Numbered from the stretch's first letter, positions 34,685-45,217 are shown. The stretch is DNA of 57,929 nt from Candidatus Woesearchaeota archaeon (GCA_964558795.1 CAZLFJ010000001.1:6175-64103), one strand, 5' to 3'. The notes: a model not told the origin generated them from the sequence alone. Numbers and translations are program-made.

Positions 34685-35323
34685 CTATGCCGCTTCCTTA
34701 AATTCTTCAGGCAAATAAATAGCCTCAGAAAGAGGCATCTTCATCTTACTAGTAACATACTCTCTCCTAGTTTGATAATTTCCAAATTGTTTAACAAACT
34801 CTGCCTTCGACTCTTGAATAATTCTCTTTCTAACCATTCTCTCAAATGCACCAGCCTCAAGCATCGGACCAAGAACAGGAGTTAGGTATCTTAGAGGTTT
34901 AGATAACAAAAGCTTTGCAGCACCATACCAATCTTTTGACTTTCGAACATATCTATAGAGTGCCGGGATTTCTGCAAGAGTTTTTCCTCCGAATAATATC
35001 AAGCCGAGTGCACCAGAATTATATAATGGAGCTGTAGAAGAAAGAAGAGCATACAAACTATTTGCAGTATCAACACCCATAGTCCCTTTAGAAGCTATTC
35101 TTCTTAGTATTCCTCCAAGATCTTTTTCATATGCATCACATTTACTTGCAACAATTTTTTCAAGTTCTCCATCAAGTCTTTCTCGGTCTTCATCAGGCAT
35201 ATCTTGTTTGAAATAATCTTTTAACTCATATTTACTCAAATACTCTTTCCAAGAAGCTCTATCCGAAGAAAAAGAAGCTTTTGTTCTGTGAATAGCTTTA
35301 GAAACATAGTCTTCAAGACCCAT
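34685..35323 (-). CDS. Hypothetical protein
   Basis: 212 aa. TAATG overlap with the upstream CBS gene. Confidence 0.5.
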   Translation of the reverse strand: MGLEDYVSKAIHRTKASFSSDRASWKEYLSKYELKDYFKQDMPDEDRERLDGELEKIVASKCDAYEKDLGGILRRIASKGTMGVDTANSLYALLSSTAPLYNSGALGLILFGGKTLAEIPALYRYVRKSKDWYGAAKLLLSKPLRYLTPVLGPMLEAGAFERMVRKRIIQESKAEFVKQFGNYQTRREYVTSKMKMPLSEAIYLPEEFKEAA

Positions 35324-35703
35324 TACTTTCCTCCTTCTTCCGCCAAAAGAAAACTAATAAGATCGTGATATTGTACAACTCCAATAAGTTTACCCTCTTT
35401 CAAAACTGGACAAACAAAGGTTTCATGTTTATTCATAATAGCAAGAGCATTTTCTAAGGGTTCTGAAATTTCTATAGAACTAACTTTCTTGGTCATTATA
35501 TCTTTTGCTTTTTGCCCAAGTTTCTTTTTGGCAACGACTTTTGAGACAATATCTGTATTAGTGATGATACCCAAAAGATTATTAGAATTATCAACAACAA
35601 AAACTCTTCGTTCCTTTTTTCTAGTCATCATTTTAGAAATATCAACAACACTTTTATTCAAATCAACTTTTAAACAGCTATGAGCCTTGACTTTTTTTAC
35701 CAT
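35323..35703 (-). CDS. CBS-domain pair protein
   Basis: Two CBS repeats (VVDNSNNLLGIITNTDIV; VCPVLKEGKLIGVVQYHDLISFL). tttataaa at 35725-35732 lies at -29. Confidence 0.8.
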   Translation of the reverse strand: MVKKVKAHSCLKVDLNKSVVDISKMMTRKKERRVFVVDNSNNLLGIITNTDIVSKVVAKKKLGQKAKDIMTKKVSSIEISEPLENALAIMNKHETFVCPVLKEGKLIGVVQYHDLISFLLAEEGGK

Positions 35704-35742
35704 GAATGAATTAGTAATTTGAACTTTATAAATCTTATTAAA

Positions 35743-36831
35743 TTAATTAGATTCTTTTTTATGAATCCTTCTTGCGAGTTTTCCTAGTGAACTAGAAACC
35801 CTTCTAACTGGTGCAGAAACTGCTCTACCAATTTTTGAAGCAGTTTTATAACTTCTTGCCCCCACATAAGCTCCAAGCGCACCAACAAGAAGCATTCCAG
35901 AAACATCTGCAGTTTCGGCCCAAGAATCGTTTTTCTTTAGTTCCATCTCGGCAGGCTTTTTAACAACTTGCTCCTCATATCTTGCATTTGCTCTTCCCTG
36001 GGAAATTTCTTCGGCAGTTAAAGAATCCTTAGATGAAGATTGAGGAAGGTTATTAAGATATTTCCAAAGAACAATCTTCTCAGAACAAAGTTCTCCAAGT
36101 TGTTCCAGGTCTGCCTCTCGAACATTTCCCGCACCTTCTTTTTCTTCTCTTTCAGCCATTTTCTTTGTAAGTGCTTTAATTTCAGAGTCATACCTTGATA
36201 ACTTTTGAATACCTGCAATAAGTGCATCTGTAGTTCTATTATAGTTTTGAGAGTATTCTGTTCCTGATTTCTTTCCGCCACCATGGGTTAAAGATCTTGT
36301 TCCAATAGCAACATCTACAGCTCTTCCGATACTTCCTCCAATTCTTTGGGTGGTTTTTCCAGCAGCCCCCGCAGAGGCATCCATTGCAGCCCTTGAAGCC
36401 CTAATAAACTCATTAAGAGTACTTGGTTGCACACTTGAATAACCCTCTCTAAATTCTGGGCTAAATAAACCGAGATATCTATCCGCACCCCTCCGACTTA
36501 AGGGTATAGAAGAAAAATACCTGGAAATGGCATGAACATCTTGAGCAGCTTGAACACCATCTTTTACTGTTTCCCTTATATCTCTAGAGATTTCAGAATT
36601 TAAATATCCTCCAACTGCAAGAGCACCCAAAACACCGCCGGCAGCTGCGGATCTTCGATTGATATTTCTTTTTTGGATATATCTCCTACCCAAATCTTCA
36701 ATTTCAGAAGGCGAATAATCCTCAATTTTAGAAATACCTAAAACATTACGAACACCCTTTCTAACCCTATCATTTCTCCCTTGGTTTGAATAACTTTCCT
36801 TTGCTTTTCCAGCAGAATATCTATCAACCAT
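35743..36831 (-). CDS. Gly/Ala/Ser/Arg-rich membrane protein, unknown function
   Basis: Two predicted TM segments (AAAGGVLGALAVGGY; VSGMLLVGALGAYVGA). Start revised to MVDRYS (36831), which is 29 nt from the shared TATA. Confidence 0.5.
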   Translation of the reverse strand: MVDRYSAGKAKESYSNQGRNDRVRKGVRNVLGISKIEDYSPSEIEDLGRRYIQKRNINRRSAAAGGVLGALAVGGYLNSEISRDIRETVKDGVQAAQDVHAISRYFSSIPLSRRGADRYLGLFSPEFREGYSSVQPSTLNEFIRASRAAMDASAGAAGKTTQRIGGSIGRAVDVAIGTRSLTHGGGKKSGTEYSQNYNRTTDALIAGIQKLSRYDSEIKALTKKMAEREEKEGAGNVREADLEQLGELCSEKIVLWKYLNNLPQSSSKDSLTAEEISQGRANARYEEQVVKKPAEMELKKNDSWAETADVSGMLLVGALGAYVGARSYKTASKIGRAVSAPVRRVSSSLGKLARRIHKKESN

Positions 36832-36852
36832 TAACATCAAAAAATAACAAAG

Positions 36853-36860
36853 TTTATAAA
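36853..36860. promoter_or_regulatory. Single palindromic TATA box shared by two divergent leaderless genes
   Basis: TTTATAAA. 36860-36831 = 29 and 36882-36853 = 29. Confidence 0.5.
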
Positions 36861-36881
36861 TTTAATCTAATTAATAAAATC

Positions 36882-37400
36882 ATGACAAGAGAAAAAAGAA
36901 TAGGAGGCGTTAAAAGAAGAATTAAAAAAGCACTAATTCTAACCGGAGCTTTAGGTGCATTGAATTTTGGAACGCCAAAACTTGCAGAAAGATATGTTAA
37001 TTCAACCGCAGGACAAGAACAGGTTTCTCAGTATATAACTCAAATTTCAGAAAATATGGGCGGCCATGTAGGAGATTACCTCAGACAAGCATACGCTCAA
37101 GGAGAAATAACATTTCACGTCAGTAATGATATAAGTGGCGGAGCAATAGGAATTGCAAATACGGCATCCAAAGCAGATAAAAATCCAATATTGTATGGAA
37201 GATATAAGGACGAGAATTTTGTTGGAATGGGTCTAGAAAAAGACGCACAAGGAAATTATAAACTTGGGGTTTCAAGACTTATAATTAATTCAAAATTTTT
37301 TGAAGATGCGGATAGTTATGCACAAACAAAGATAAAAAATGCAGAAAGTGATACTATCGGGCACAGACTTAGAGAGATTATAAACAAGATAAAAAAATAA
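36882..37400 (+). CDS. Signal-anchored hypothetical protein
   Basis: Start at MTREKRIGG (36882), fixed by the -29 TATA. The track's 36786 start would overlap the divergent gene. Confidence 0.5.
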   Translation: MTREKRIGGVKRRIKKALILTGALGALNFGTPKLAERYVNSTAGQEQVSQYITQISENMGGHVGDYLRQAYAQGEITFHVSNDISGGAIGIANTASKADKNPILYGRYKDENFVGMGLEKDAQGNYKLGVSRLIINSKFFEDADSYAQTKIKNAESDTIGHRLREIINKIKK

Positions 37401-37403
37401 CCA

Positions 37404-38162
37404 TTAAGGCTTAGCTAATTCTTTTTCAACATGTTCAATAAATTTACTTATTTCTTCTAAATAATAATCAAGATTTTGTGCAGTAAATTCAGATAAAAAT
37501 CCTCTCCGCACCTTGCTTTCTAAATCAATAATCTCTTTATAAGTTCCAGAATATTTTTTCATACTTCCATTATCAAGTTCTATTGCAATTTTGTCTTTAT
37601 CAAGTAAAACTTTATCTTTCATAAGTAAATAAATTTGTGCAGCCTCTGTTGCAATATTGGATAGAGTATTAATACTATCTAAAAGGAGTCTTCTATTCTC
37701 CAGCTCAAAATCATCAGAAGAAATAATCAACTCCTCAGCCTTTTCTTCCCGGTTATATGTTTTTTCAAGCTTTATCAAACTTTTGATTTTTTTTATGATA
37801 TTTTCCCCATCATACAAGACATAACAATCTCTTAAAGATGTGAGAATCCAGGGTTCTCCTTTTATTACTGCTCTCCACCAAGCACTCAATCTCTTTACAG
37901 GCTGAAAATGAAGATTAATTTTCTTTGTTTTATTTATATTTAAAATTAAAGATTCAACCTCTGCAAAGTCAACTTCCCTACAAATATTCTTATCACAATC
38001 AAAATCGTCTAATACTACAAGAATATCAATATCGTTAAAATCTTTCTTTTTCTCTTTCAGTTGCCTAACAAAAGAACCATATATATAAATCATGCTAATA
38101 GAACTTTTACATTTCAAAATAGGTTTAATTTCTCTTTTAATTTTTTTTATTATATTTACCAT
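37404..38162 (-). CDS. Minimal nucleotidyltransferase with helical C-terminal domain
   Basis: IYIYGSFVRQLKEKKKDFNDIDILVV (GS...D-x-D). The likely start MVNIIKK at 38162 lies 1 nt after the upstream stop. Confidence 0.55.
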   Translation of the reverse strand: MVNIIKKIKREIKPILKCKSSISMIYIYGSFVRQLKEKKKDFNDIDILVVLDDFDCDKNICREVDFAEVESLILNINKTKKINLHFQPVKRLSAWWRAVIKGEPWILTSLRDCYVLYDGENIIKKIKSLIKLEKTYNREEKAEELIISSDDFELENRRLLLDSINTLSNIATEAAQIYLLMKDKVLLDKDKIAIELDNGSMKKYSGTYKEIIDLESKVRRGFLSEFTAQNLDYYLEEISKFIEHVEKELAKP

Positions 38163-38163
38163 G

Positions 38164-38742
38164 TTAGATTTGTTTAGCAATTTCTTTAAATAATGAAAGC
38201 TTACGAGATAATTCATCTAGCTTTTTTCCTTCAATATAAGCTATCTTTCCATGTTCAATAGATTTGAAATAAGTAATAATATCTGAAGCAAAACTAATTG
38301 TGCGAGAATCAAAATTACCAGAAAAACTTTTTTTTAACTCGAAAGAAATTTGTTTTGGAACAGGGATAGAAAGCTTATGGGAGATAAATAAAGCCTGACA
38401 AGAATCTATTAAAGAATTGTAGATATTAGATAAAACTCGAATTTTTATGGTGTTGCAATGAATCATCGAATTAGAAATTTGATCAAGTTTTACAAGCAAG
38501 ATTTCCTTTGTGCCAACCAAATAACCTGTCTTTAAACTCTCCTTCACAACCCAAACAACCCTTAATTTATCTAATTTTATTTCTCCATCCCTAATAGAAA
38601 TTAAAAGGTCAGGATTATGAATACAAACCTCATTAAAAAAACCACCAAGTTCAAATTCATTTTTTAGAGATTTTTTTCTGCCAAGGATTATAAAATAGGA
38701 TTCTCCTTTATATTCCCATTCAGCCAGAATGCCCCTTTTCAT
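38164..38742 (-). CDS. Hypothetical protein, tightly linked partner of the NTase
   Basis: Start taken at MKRGILAEW (38742), with tataaaaa (38764-38771) at -29. The track's longer version overlaps the dnaJ 3' end. Confidence 0.4.
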   Translation of the reverse strand: MKRGILAEWEYKGESYFIILGRKKSLKNEFELGGFFNEVCIHNPDLLISIRDGEIKLDKLRVVWVVKESLKTGYLVGTKEILLVKLDQISNSMIHCNTIKIRVLSNIYNSLIDSCQALFISHKLSIPVPKQISFELKKSFSGNFDSRTISFASDIITYFKSIEHGKIAYIEGKKLDELSRKLSLFKEIAKQI

Positions 38743-38785
38743 AATATTAAATAATAAAATGCATATAAAAACCTTTCCAGAATTT

Positions 38786-39853
38786 CTACTCCAAAATCTC
38801 TTTAATCTTTTTCTCTTTCTTTCTGTCAAGCTTTGGAATTTCAACAATAATATTTACAAATAAATCACCACGAGAGCGAGAATTAAGCTCAGGCATTCCC
38901 TGACCATCTAATCTAAAATGAGTATGGCTTTGAGTTCCAGCAGGCAAACTAATTTTTAATTTCTTTCCCAATCCTTCAATTTCAATCTTACCTCCAGAAA
39001 TTGCAGTCATCAAATCAATCTTTTTTTCAGAGAACAAATCTGCACCCTCTCGTCTAAATACTGAATGTTTTGTTAGATGAACCACAACATACAAATCACC
39101 TGCAGGAGCATTTCTACCCAAGTGACCTTTTCCAGGAATTTTTAGATATTGTCCATGATCAACCCCCTTAGGAATATTTATCTCAATCTTTTTTCTTTCG
39201 CTAATTTTTCCAGAACCATGACATTTACTACAATGTTTAGAAATTATTTTTCCCCGCCCCCCACACTCTCTACATGGAGAAACCGAAACAAACTGAGTAA
39301 ATCCTTGTCTCTTTATTGACTTAACTCTTCCAGAACCCTGACAAGCATTACAAATCTTCATATCTTTTGATTCTGCACCCTCTCCGCCACATTTATCACA
39401 AATCTCTTGTATATCTAGTTCAATTTCTTTTTTTATCCCTTCAAAGGCCTCCTCAAGACTGATTTCAACATCAAATCTCAAGTCTGCTCCCTCTTCATAA
39501 TCTTCTTCCTCTCCCCTTCCAGAAAACATATTGAATAAATCTCCAAATCCACCATTACTAAAAAGATCTTCAAAACTAAAATTCTGATTTCGATAATTTC
39601 TCAGGTCTTCCTGATTGAATGCAGAATCCCCATATTGATCATACTGCTGTTTCTTCTCTGAGTTTCCCAGTACCTGAAACGCCTCATTAATCTCTTTAAA
39701 TTTTTCTTCAGATTCTTTATTCCCCTGATTTACATCAGGATGATGTTTTCTCGCAAGTTGTCTAAAAGCTTTTTTGATTTCATCTGCAGAAGAATTCTTC
39801 TCAACCCCTAAAATCTTATAATAATCTTTGTGTGCCATTGTCTTTAAAATCAA
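38786..39853 (-). CDS. dnaJ: Chaperone DnaJ
   Basis: J-domain DYYKILGV...HPD, a G/F-rich linker, and four CxxCxGxG zinc repeats. Confidence 0.9.
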   Translation of the reverse strand: MILKTMAHKDYYKILGVEKNSSADEIKKAFRQLARKHHPDVNQGNKESEEKFKEINEAFQVLGNSEKKQQYDQYGDSAFNQEDLRNYRNQNFSFEDLFSNGGFGDLFNMFSGRGEEEDYEEGADLRFDVEISLEEAFEGIKKEIELDIQEICDKCGGEGAESKDMKICNACQGSGRVKSIKRQGFTQFVSVSPCRECGGRGKIISKHCSKCHGSGKISERKKIEINIPKGVDHGQYLKIPGKGHLGRNAPAGDLYVVVHLTKHSVFRREGADLFSEKKIDLMTAISGGKIEIEGLGKKLKISLPAGTQSHTHFRLDGQGMPELNSRSRGDLFVNIIVEIPKLDRKKEKKIKEILE

Positions 39854-39894
39854 TCAAATACAAGAATCGAAGAAGATTTTTAAATGTTGTTTTT

Positions 39895-41772
39895 CTATTC
39901 CTTGTCATCCTTCACTTCATAATCTGCATCAATAGCTTCATCTTTTCCCTTTTCGTTTTCAGAGTTCTCTTTCCCAACCCCCGAACCTTTATTTGCTTGT
40001 TCTTCTTGAGCTTTCTTTGCAGCTTCCTCATAAATCTTAGTTCCAACCTCTTGCATTATTTTTTCAAGTTTTTCTTTTTCTTGTTTAATTTTTTCAATAT
40101 CGCTTCCATTTAAAGCTTCTTTGGTGTTCTTTATTGCTTCTTCAACTTTATCTTTAGTAGATTTATCAACTTTATCTCCAACCTCTGAAAGTGTTTTTTC
40201 AAAACTATAAACCAGTGAGTCAGTTGTATTTCTAATTTCAATTTCTTCTTTCTTTTTCTTGTCTTCTTCTTCATGCTCTTTGGCAGATTGCATCATCTTT
40301 TGAACATCTTCATCAGATAATTTACTTGAAGCAGTGATAGTCATCTTTTGTTCTTTACCTGTTCCCAGATCTTTTGCAGATACATTGAGTATACCATTAG
40401 CATCAATATCAAATGTTACTTCAATCTGCGGAACACCCCTTGGTGCAGGGGGTAAACCCATCAGGTTGAAGTTGCCAAGACTTACATTATCTTTTGCCAT
40501 TGATCTCTCACCCTGTATAACATGGATTGTTACAGCATTCTGAAAATCTGCAGCTGTTGAAAATATCTGACTCTTCTTTGTAGGAATTGTTGTGTTTCTC
40601 TCAATAAGAGGAGTCATTACCTCTCCAAGAGTTTCAATACCCAGTGTCAATGGAGTAACATCTAGAAGAATCATATCTTTTATGTCTCCAGCAAGAATTC
40701 CGCCCTGAATTGCGGCACCCATTGCAACACACTCCATTGGATCCACAACACTTTCAAGTTTTTTCCCAACTTTTTCTTCAATGAATTTTCTAATGGAAGG
40801 CATTCTTGTAGGGCCACCAACAAGGATAACCTTGTCAATATCTTCTTTCTTCAAACCTGCATCTTTTAATGCTTGTTCAACTGGATGTAAACATCTTTTT
40901 ATTAATCCCTCAACAAGTTGTTCAAGTTTAGCACGAGAAAATTTCAAAAGTAAATGTTTTGGTCCTTGATTTGTTGCAGTTACATAGGGAATATTTATCT
41001 CAGTTTCAAGAACTGTTGAAAGTTCTATCTTAGCCTTCTCTGCAGCCTCACGAACTCTTTGCATTGCAGTTGCATCTTCTCCCAAATCAAATCCATCACT
41101 TTTCTTGAACTCTTCAATAATCCATTTGATGATTGCCTCATCCATATCAGTACCACCTAGCTGAGTATCCCCAGAAGTTGCCAAAACGTTAAATGTTCCT
41201 TGATCGAATTCCATGATAGTTACATCAAGAGTTCCGCCACCAAGATCAAATACTAGAATTTTATGTTGTTCATTTAGTTTATCTATACCATAAGCCATTG
41301 AAGCGGCAGTAGGTTCATTAACAAGTCTAACTACCTCAAGACCTGCGATTTTACCTGCGTCCTTTGTAGCAGTTCTCTGATTATCATTGAAATATGCTGG
41401 AACGGTTATAACTACTTTAGAAACTGGTTCTCCAAGAAAAGCTTCAGCATCTCGCTTTATCTTTTGTAAAATATGTGCAGAAATTTGTTGAGGGGTGTAT
41501 TCTTTTCCGTAAATATTATATTTGAAATCGGTTCCGATTTTTCTTTTTGCTTTGATAACTGTACCTTGAGGATTTGAAACTGCTTGTCTTTTTGCAGGTT
41601 CACCAACCAAAAGCTGTCCATCTTTTGTAAACGCTACCGCAGAAGGAAACATTTTTCCAGCAATTGTTGCACCTTCAGCAGAAGGAATAATAGTAGGTCT
41701 TCCGCCAACAACTACTGCTACCTGACTATTACTTGTTCCTAAATCAATACCGATAATTTTTTCTTTTCCCAT
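39895..41772 (-). CDS. dnaK: Chaperone DnaK (Hsp70)
   Basis: [41 protein letters not shown]. Start at MGKEKIIG (41772), 1 nt after the grpE stop. Confidence 0.95.
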   Translation of the reverse strand: MGKEKIIGIDLGTSNSQVAVVVGGRPTIIPSAEGATIAGKMFPSAVAFTKDGQLLVGEPAKRQAVSNPQGTVIKAKRKIGTDFKYNIYGKEYTPQQISAHILQKIKRDAEAFLGEPVSKVVITVPAYFNDNQRTATKDAGKIAGLEVVRLVNEPTAASMAYGIDKLNEQHKILVFDLGGGTLDVTIMEFDQGTFNVLATSGDTQLGGTDMDEAIIKWIIEEFKKSDGFDLGEDATAMQRVREAAEKAKIELSTVLETEINIPYVTATNQGPKHLLLKFSRAKLEQLVEGLIKRCLHPVEQALKDAGLKKEDIDKVILVGGPTRMPSIRKFIEEKVGKKLESVVDPMECVAMGAAIQGGILAGDIKDMILLDVTPLTLGIETLGEVMTPLIERNTTIPTKKSQIFSTAADFQNAVTIHVIQGERSMAKDNVSLGNFNLMGLPPAPRGVPQIEVTFDIDANGILNVSAKDLGTGKEQKMTITASSKLSDEDVQKMMQSAKEHEEEDKKKKEEIEIRNTTDSLVYSFEKTLSEVGDKVDKSTKDKVEEAIKNTKEALNGSDIEKIKQEKEKLEKIMQEVGTKIYEEAAKKAQEEQANKGSGVGKENSENEKGKDEAIDADYEVKDDKE

Positions 41773-41773
41773 T

Positions 41774-42340
41774 TTACTCTTTCCCTCCTTCACTATTTAA
41801 ATCTTGTTTTTTTGCGATTTTTACCTTGCTCGGACGGATAACTTTTGAACAGAAAGTATAACCTTTCTGAATCTCTTCGATTATTTCATCATCTTCTTTA
41901 TTGCAAAGCTCATTACATAAAACTTCATGAAAATTTGGATCTAATTTATTTCCTAACGCTTCTATTTTTTTAAGTCCGTGCTTTTCAAGCAATTGAACAA
42001 ATTTGTTATGAAGTCTTTCAAGACCTTCTTTATTTTTTTCAGATTCTACAGATTTTAGTGATGCATCAAAATCATCTAAGACGATAACAAGCTCTCGAGC
42101 CAAATTTTCATTTGCAAGTTTTATAATTTGCTCTTTTTCTTTGTTCATTTGTTTTCGAAAGTTATCAAAGTCTGCATGAAGGTATTTCAGATCATTTAAT
42201 CTTTCTTCTGCAAGTTTTTTTGTCTCTTCAAGTTGAGTTTCCAGTTTTTCGGTTAAAACCTCAATTTCGGAAATATCCCCACAAACTTCAGTTGTAGAAA
42301 TTTGATCTTCAGCATTATCTTCTTGTTTTTTATCAACCAT
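41774..42340 (-). CDS. grpE: Nucleotide exchange factor GrpE
   Basis: Coiled-coil N-terminus, [25 protein letters not shown], and a C-terminal beta domain. Start at MVDKKQ (42340), with tatttaaa (42362-42369) at -29. Confidence 0.8.
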   Translation of the reverse strand: MVDKKQEDNAEDQISTTEVCGDISEIEVLTEKLETQLEETKKLAEERLNDLKYLHADFDNFRKQMNKEKEQIIKLANENLARELVIVLDDFDASLKSVESEKNKEGLERLHNKFVQLLEKHGLKKIEALGNKLDPNFHEVLCNELCNKEDDEIIEEIQKGYTFCSKVIRPSKVKIAKKQDLNSEGGKE

Positions 42341-42452
42341 GTATAGATTAGAGTTAGACTCTTTAAATACTTTGTTCTCCAAAAAATTTAAATATAGATA
42401 CTATTCGAAAGAAAAAGAGAAGATTTATAAACATATAGTATCTTATATCTAA

Positions 42453-42971
42453 ATGATAAAATTAACAGCGAGAGAAAAGCAAGTTCTTGTAGAATTGCTG
42501 AAAAATTGCAAAATTTCAGACCAAGAAATAGCTAGAAAGCTCAAAACTTCAAGACCTACGATATTCAAAATAAGACAAAGACTGGAAAAAGAGGGCATAA
42601 TAAAAGGATACACTCCAATTATAAACTTTGAAAAGATAAATCTCGATATACACACAGTAATATTATTTAGATGGAAAGATTATTCAAGAACCAGTGAACT
42701 AGAAAGAATTGTAAAATTCATTAACGATCAACCAGAAGTTGTTTTGTTTGTCAAGGGGGAAGGCATGGGAAGTAAAACTGATATGATAATTTCCTTGCAT
42801 AAAGATTTGAAAGAATACGAGACATTTATTAGAAAATTAAAATATGAATGGAAGGATAATGTAGAGAGCACAGAAGTATTTATCTCGTCCGTAGAAGGGA
42901 TATCAAAGGGATATGATTTATCAAGTCCCGCAATAAACGCAGTACAAGAAAAAGTTATTCATTCTAAATAA
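42453..42971 (+). CDS. Lrp/AsnC-family transcriptional regulator
   Basis: KQVLVELLKNCKISDQEIARKLKTSRPTIFKIRQRLEKEGIIKGY, followed by a RAM-like domain. tttataaa at 42424-42431 lies at -29. Divergent from grpE. Confidence 0.7.
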   Translation: MIKLTAREKQVLVELLKNCKISDQEIARKLKTSRPTIFKIRQRLEKEGIIKGYTPIINFEKINLDIHTVILFRWKDYSRTSELERIVKFINDQPEVVLFVKGEGMGSKTDMIISLHKDLKEYETFIRKLKYEWKDNVESTEVFISSVEGISKGYDLSSPAINAVQEKVIHSK

Positions 42972-42974
42972 GAT

Positions 42975-43751
42975 CTATTTCTCTGCAATGTCCCACATAT
43001 GCGAAAAATATGCTCGATTCTCTTCAGCAATTAACCTATTCTGAATTTCTATAACTTGAGGTTTTCCATCCATTGTAAAAAGATAGGCAATGTACTCTCC
43101 ATAAACAACCAAAGTTGCCAAGGTCGGAATTTTCTTTAAGAATTTGTTCTCACCAAGTCCTGAAAAAAGCTTTAATAGTCCACTTCCTCTAAATTTTTCA
43201 TTCCATATTCCCTTACACCCTATCCTTGTTTTTTGATTCTTTAATTCTTTAATCAAACTTTCCATAAATAATCTAGAAGTTAATTGTTCTTCGTCTCTTT
43301 TTTCAGGGTTAACCTCCTTTGAAGGCCCTCCACTGAGAATATAAATTTCTTTTATATTTCCTCCCCCTATCTGATTAAACAAATTAAAGCTAAATTGTTT
43401 TTGACTTTCCTTGCTTTCAAAAACTCTTACTCTAGAAATTCCTTCTTCCTTTATTTTTTCAAATTCCGGGATAAGAGACAAAAGTAAAGTTTCTTTTTCT
43501 TTTATTTTATAGGCTATTTTGCTTATTTCAATTGCAGAATAAAAAGTTTTTCTCTCTTTTTGAATTTCACTAATAAACCCTTTCAACAATAATCTTTCTA
43601 GTATGGCATAGGTTGTAGATCTATGAATCCCTGTTATTTTAGCCAAGGCGTAAGCATTTAGTTCACCTTTTTCAACTAGAATCATATAAATTTTGATTTC
43701 TTTATCATCCAATCCATATTCTTGCAATATAGTGCTTATTTTGCTCTCCAT
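42975..43751 (-). CDS. TrmB-family transcriptional regulator
   Basis: LQEYGLDDKEIKIYMILVEKGELNAYALAKITGIHRSTTYAILERLLLKGFI. Confidence 0.7.
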   Translation of the reverse strand: MESKISTILQEYGLDDKEIKIYMILVEKGELNAYALAKITGIHRSTTYAILERLLLKGFISEIQKERKTFYSAIEISKIAYKIKEKETLLLSLIPEFEKIKEEGISRVRVFESKESQKQFSFNLFNQIGGGNIKEIYILSGGPSKEVNPEKRDEEQLTSRLFMESLIKELKNQKTRIGCKGIWNEKFRGSGLLKLFSGLGENKFLKKIPTLATLVVYGEYIAYLFTMDGKPQVIEIQNRLIAEENRAYFSHMWDIAEK

Positions 43752-43842
43752 ACTAAATAAGATGCCTAAATTCTTTATAAATTTAACGATTTAGTTGATA
43801 GTCATGGACTACCTAACTTAATAAACAAACAATATTATTTTT

Positions 43843-44778
43843 ATGGAAAATAATTTATATCAGAGAGCAAGAAGGGATTTATTTGTTGGGGAAACAAGAA
43901 TTCCAAATGCCCTATCGTATAGGGCCGAGGAAATGCAAACGAGGATTTCAAAGCTGGAGGGCACTATACAAGATATAGTTGTAAATCCAATACCACTAGA
44001 ACAGAGGCTATTGAAAAAAGCCCGTGAAGAAATGTGCAATTTAAAATATGCAGAATTGGATTTATCTTTTCTAGGAGATGTGTCTTGTGAAATGGAATAT
44101 AAAAAAGAAAAAATTAGGCTTCCAAAGTTTGGTGTATTCTCCTTAGGGGAACAAGATTTTTCAATTAGTTTGAACAACACAGATTATGACCCAAATTCAC
44201 CCTATTTTCCCGCTCCTTTTCATGTATTAACTGGTGTGACAGGTATGCTTTTCGGTACCATTATCGGATTATATTTAAAAAGCGAAGCAATTGGTGCGAT
44301 AACTGGAGGAACAATGGGTTATTTGGTCGGTAGTGGACTTATTAAGCGATGGGACTCAACAGATAATTATGAAATTCAAGTTTCAAGTGGGGATCGGCGG
44401 TTGCCAAATATATTTGGAAAGGAATTGATAAGAACCCTGGAATTTTCAAGAGATGCTACCATCATAGAAAAAGAAGGAGGTTTCGTTTTTAATAAAAGAG
44501 AAATTCCCGAGAATACCAAGAAAAAATATAATAGAGGAGGTAGAGGAGGAGATATTACATTTAGAAGTCAAGTTGAATTTATTGTTCCTCAAAAAACAAA
44601 AAAGAGTATAGAAGAAGCTAAAAAATATATTGGAAGACAAAATCTTTACTTTGTAGCAGAGGTTAAGCCAGAAAACTGGAGTGCCCAAAAGCTAATTACT
44701 GAAGATTCTTTGGTAGTGGGTCTTTCTCAAGACAAATGCTATCTTGTGGACAGCTTCAAGCCTACTGCCATAGTGTAA
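43843..44778 (+). CDS. Hypothetical protein with central Gly-rich TM segments
   Basis: 311-aa ORF. GVTGMLFGTIIGLYL...GAITGGTMGYLVGSGLI. Confidence 0.5.
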   Translation: MENNLYQRARRDLFVGETRIPNALSYRAEEMQTRISKLEGTIQDIVVNPIPLEQRLLKKAREEMCNLKYAELDLSFLGDVSCEMEYKKEKIRLPKFGVFSLGEQDFSISLNNTDYDPNSPYFPAPFHVLTGVTGMLFGTIIGLYLKSEAIGAITGGTMGYLVGSGLIKRWDSTDNYEIQVSSGDRRLPNIFGKELIRTLEFSRDATIIEKEGGFVFNKREIPENTKKKYNRGGRGGDITFRSQVEFIVPQKTKKSIEEAKKYIGRQNLYFVAEVKPENWSAQKLITEDSLVVGLSQDKCYLVDSFKPTAIV

Positions 44779-44869
44779 GATTTGCTGTAAAAGATTCTAT
44801 GATGAAATTTTATCCAGTATTTCCTCTAGACTACCTAGGTCTGTACCAAGGGATGTAAGTCTTTCTGTA

Positions 44870-45217
44870 TTGAATAATTTCTACGATTGGTTACAGGTTG
44901 GAGAAGAAGATTTGGATAGCAGTCAAGCTAGAAAAGAATTAGTTCATAGCCCTGAACAACTTACAAGAGAAAAAATTTTATCACTCCAGATAAAGAAAGA
45001 GTTATATAAAATAAAAAATCATACAGCTCTTGTTTGTTTAGACCAACTTAAGCAAGATGGCTTAACTCTTGATTCTGTTGTTTCTCAAGAGATAGATAGA
45101 ATTCCTAGAGAATATCTTAAGGAGGTTTTTTATTGGAATGAAAATATCTCGTTTCCATTTAAACTAAAAACAGGAGATCCTGATTCATTTGGAAATGGTC
45201 TCCTCAAATCAAGATAG
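44870..45217 (+). CDS. Hypothetical protein
   Basis: 115-aa ORF with a TTG start only. Confidence 0.3.
   Translation: MNNFYDWLQVGEEDLDSSQARKELVHSPEQLTREKILSLQIKKELYKIKNHTALVCLDQLKQDGLTLDSVVSQEIDRIPREYLKEVFYWNENISFPFKLKTGDPDSFGNGLLKSR

Noticed and set aside
36018-36284. Nested alternative-frame ORFs (36018-36284, 4904-5101, 4926-5123, 53149-53331, 54100-54285)
   Set aside because: They lie inside longer, better-supported ORFs and have no independent start signals.
43843-43930. Shared motif Y-x-RARRDL-x-GE...P between the N-termini of ORF 43843-44778 and the aaRS-like ORF 14892-16052
   Set aside because: Only about 10 identical residues over 20 aa, with no further colinearity. That is too short to claim paralogy without a statistical alignment.
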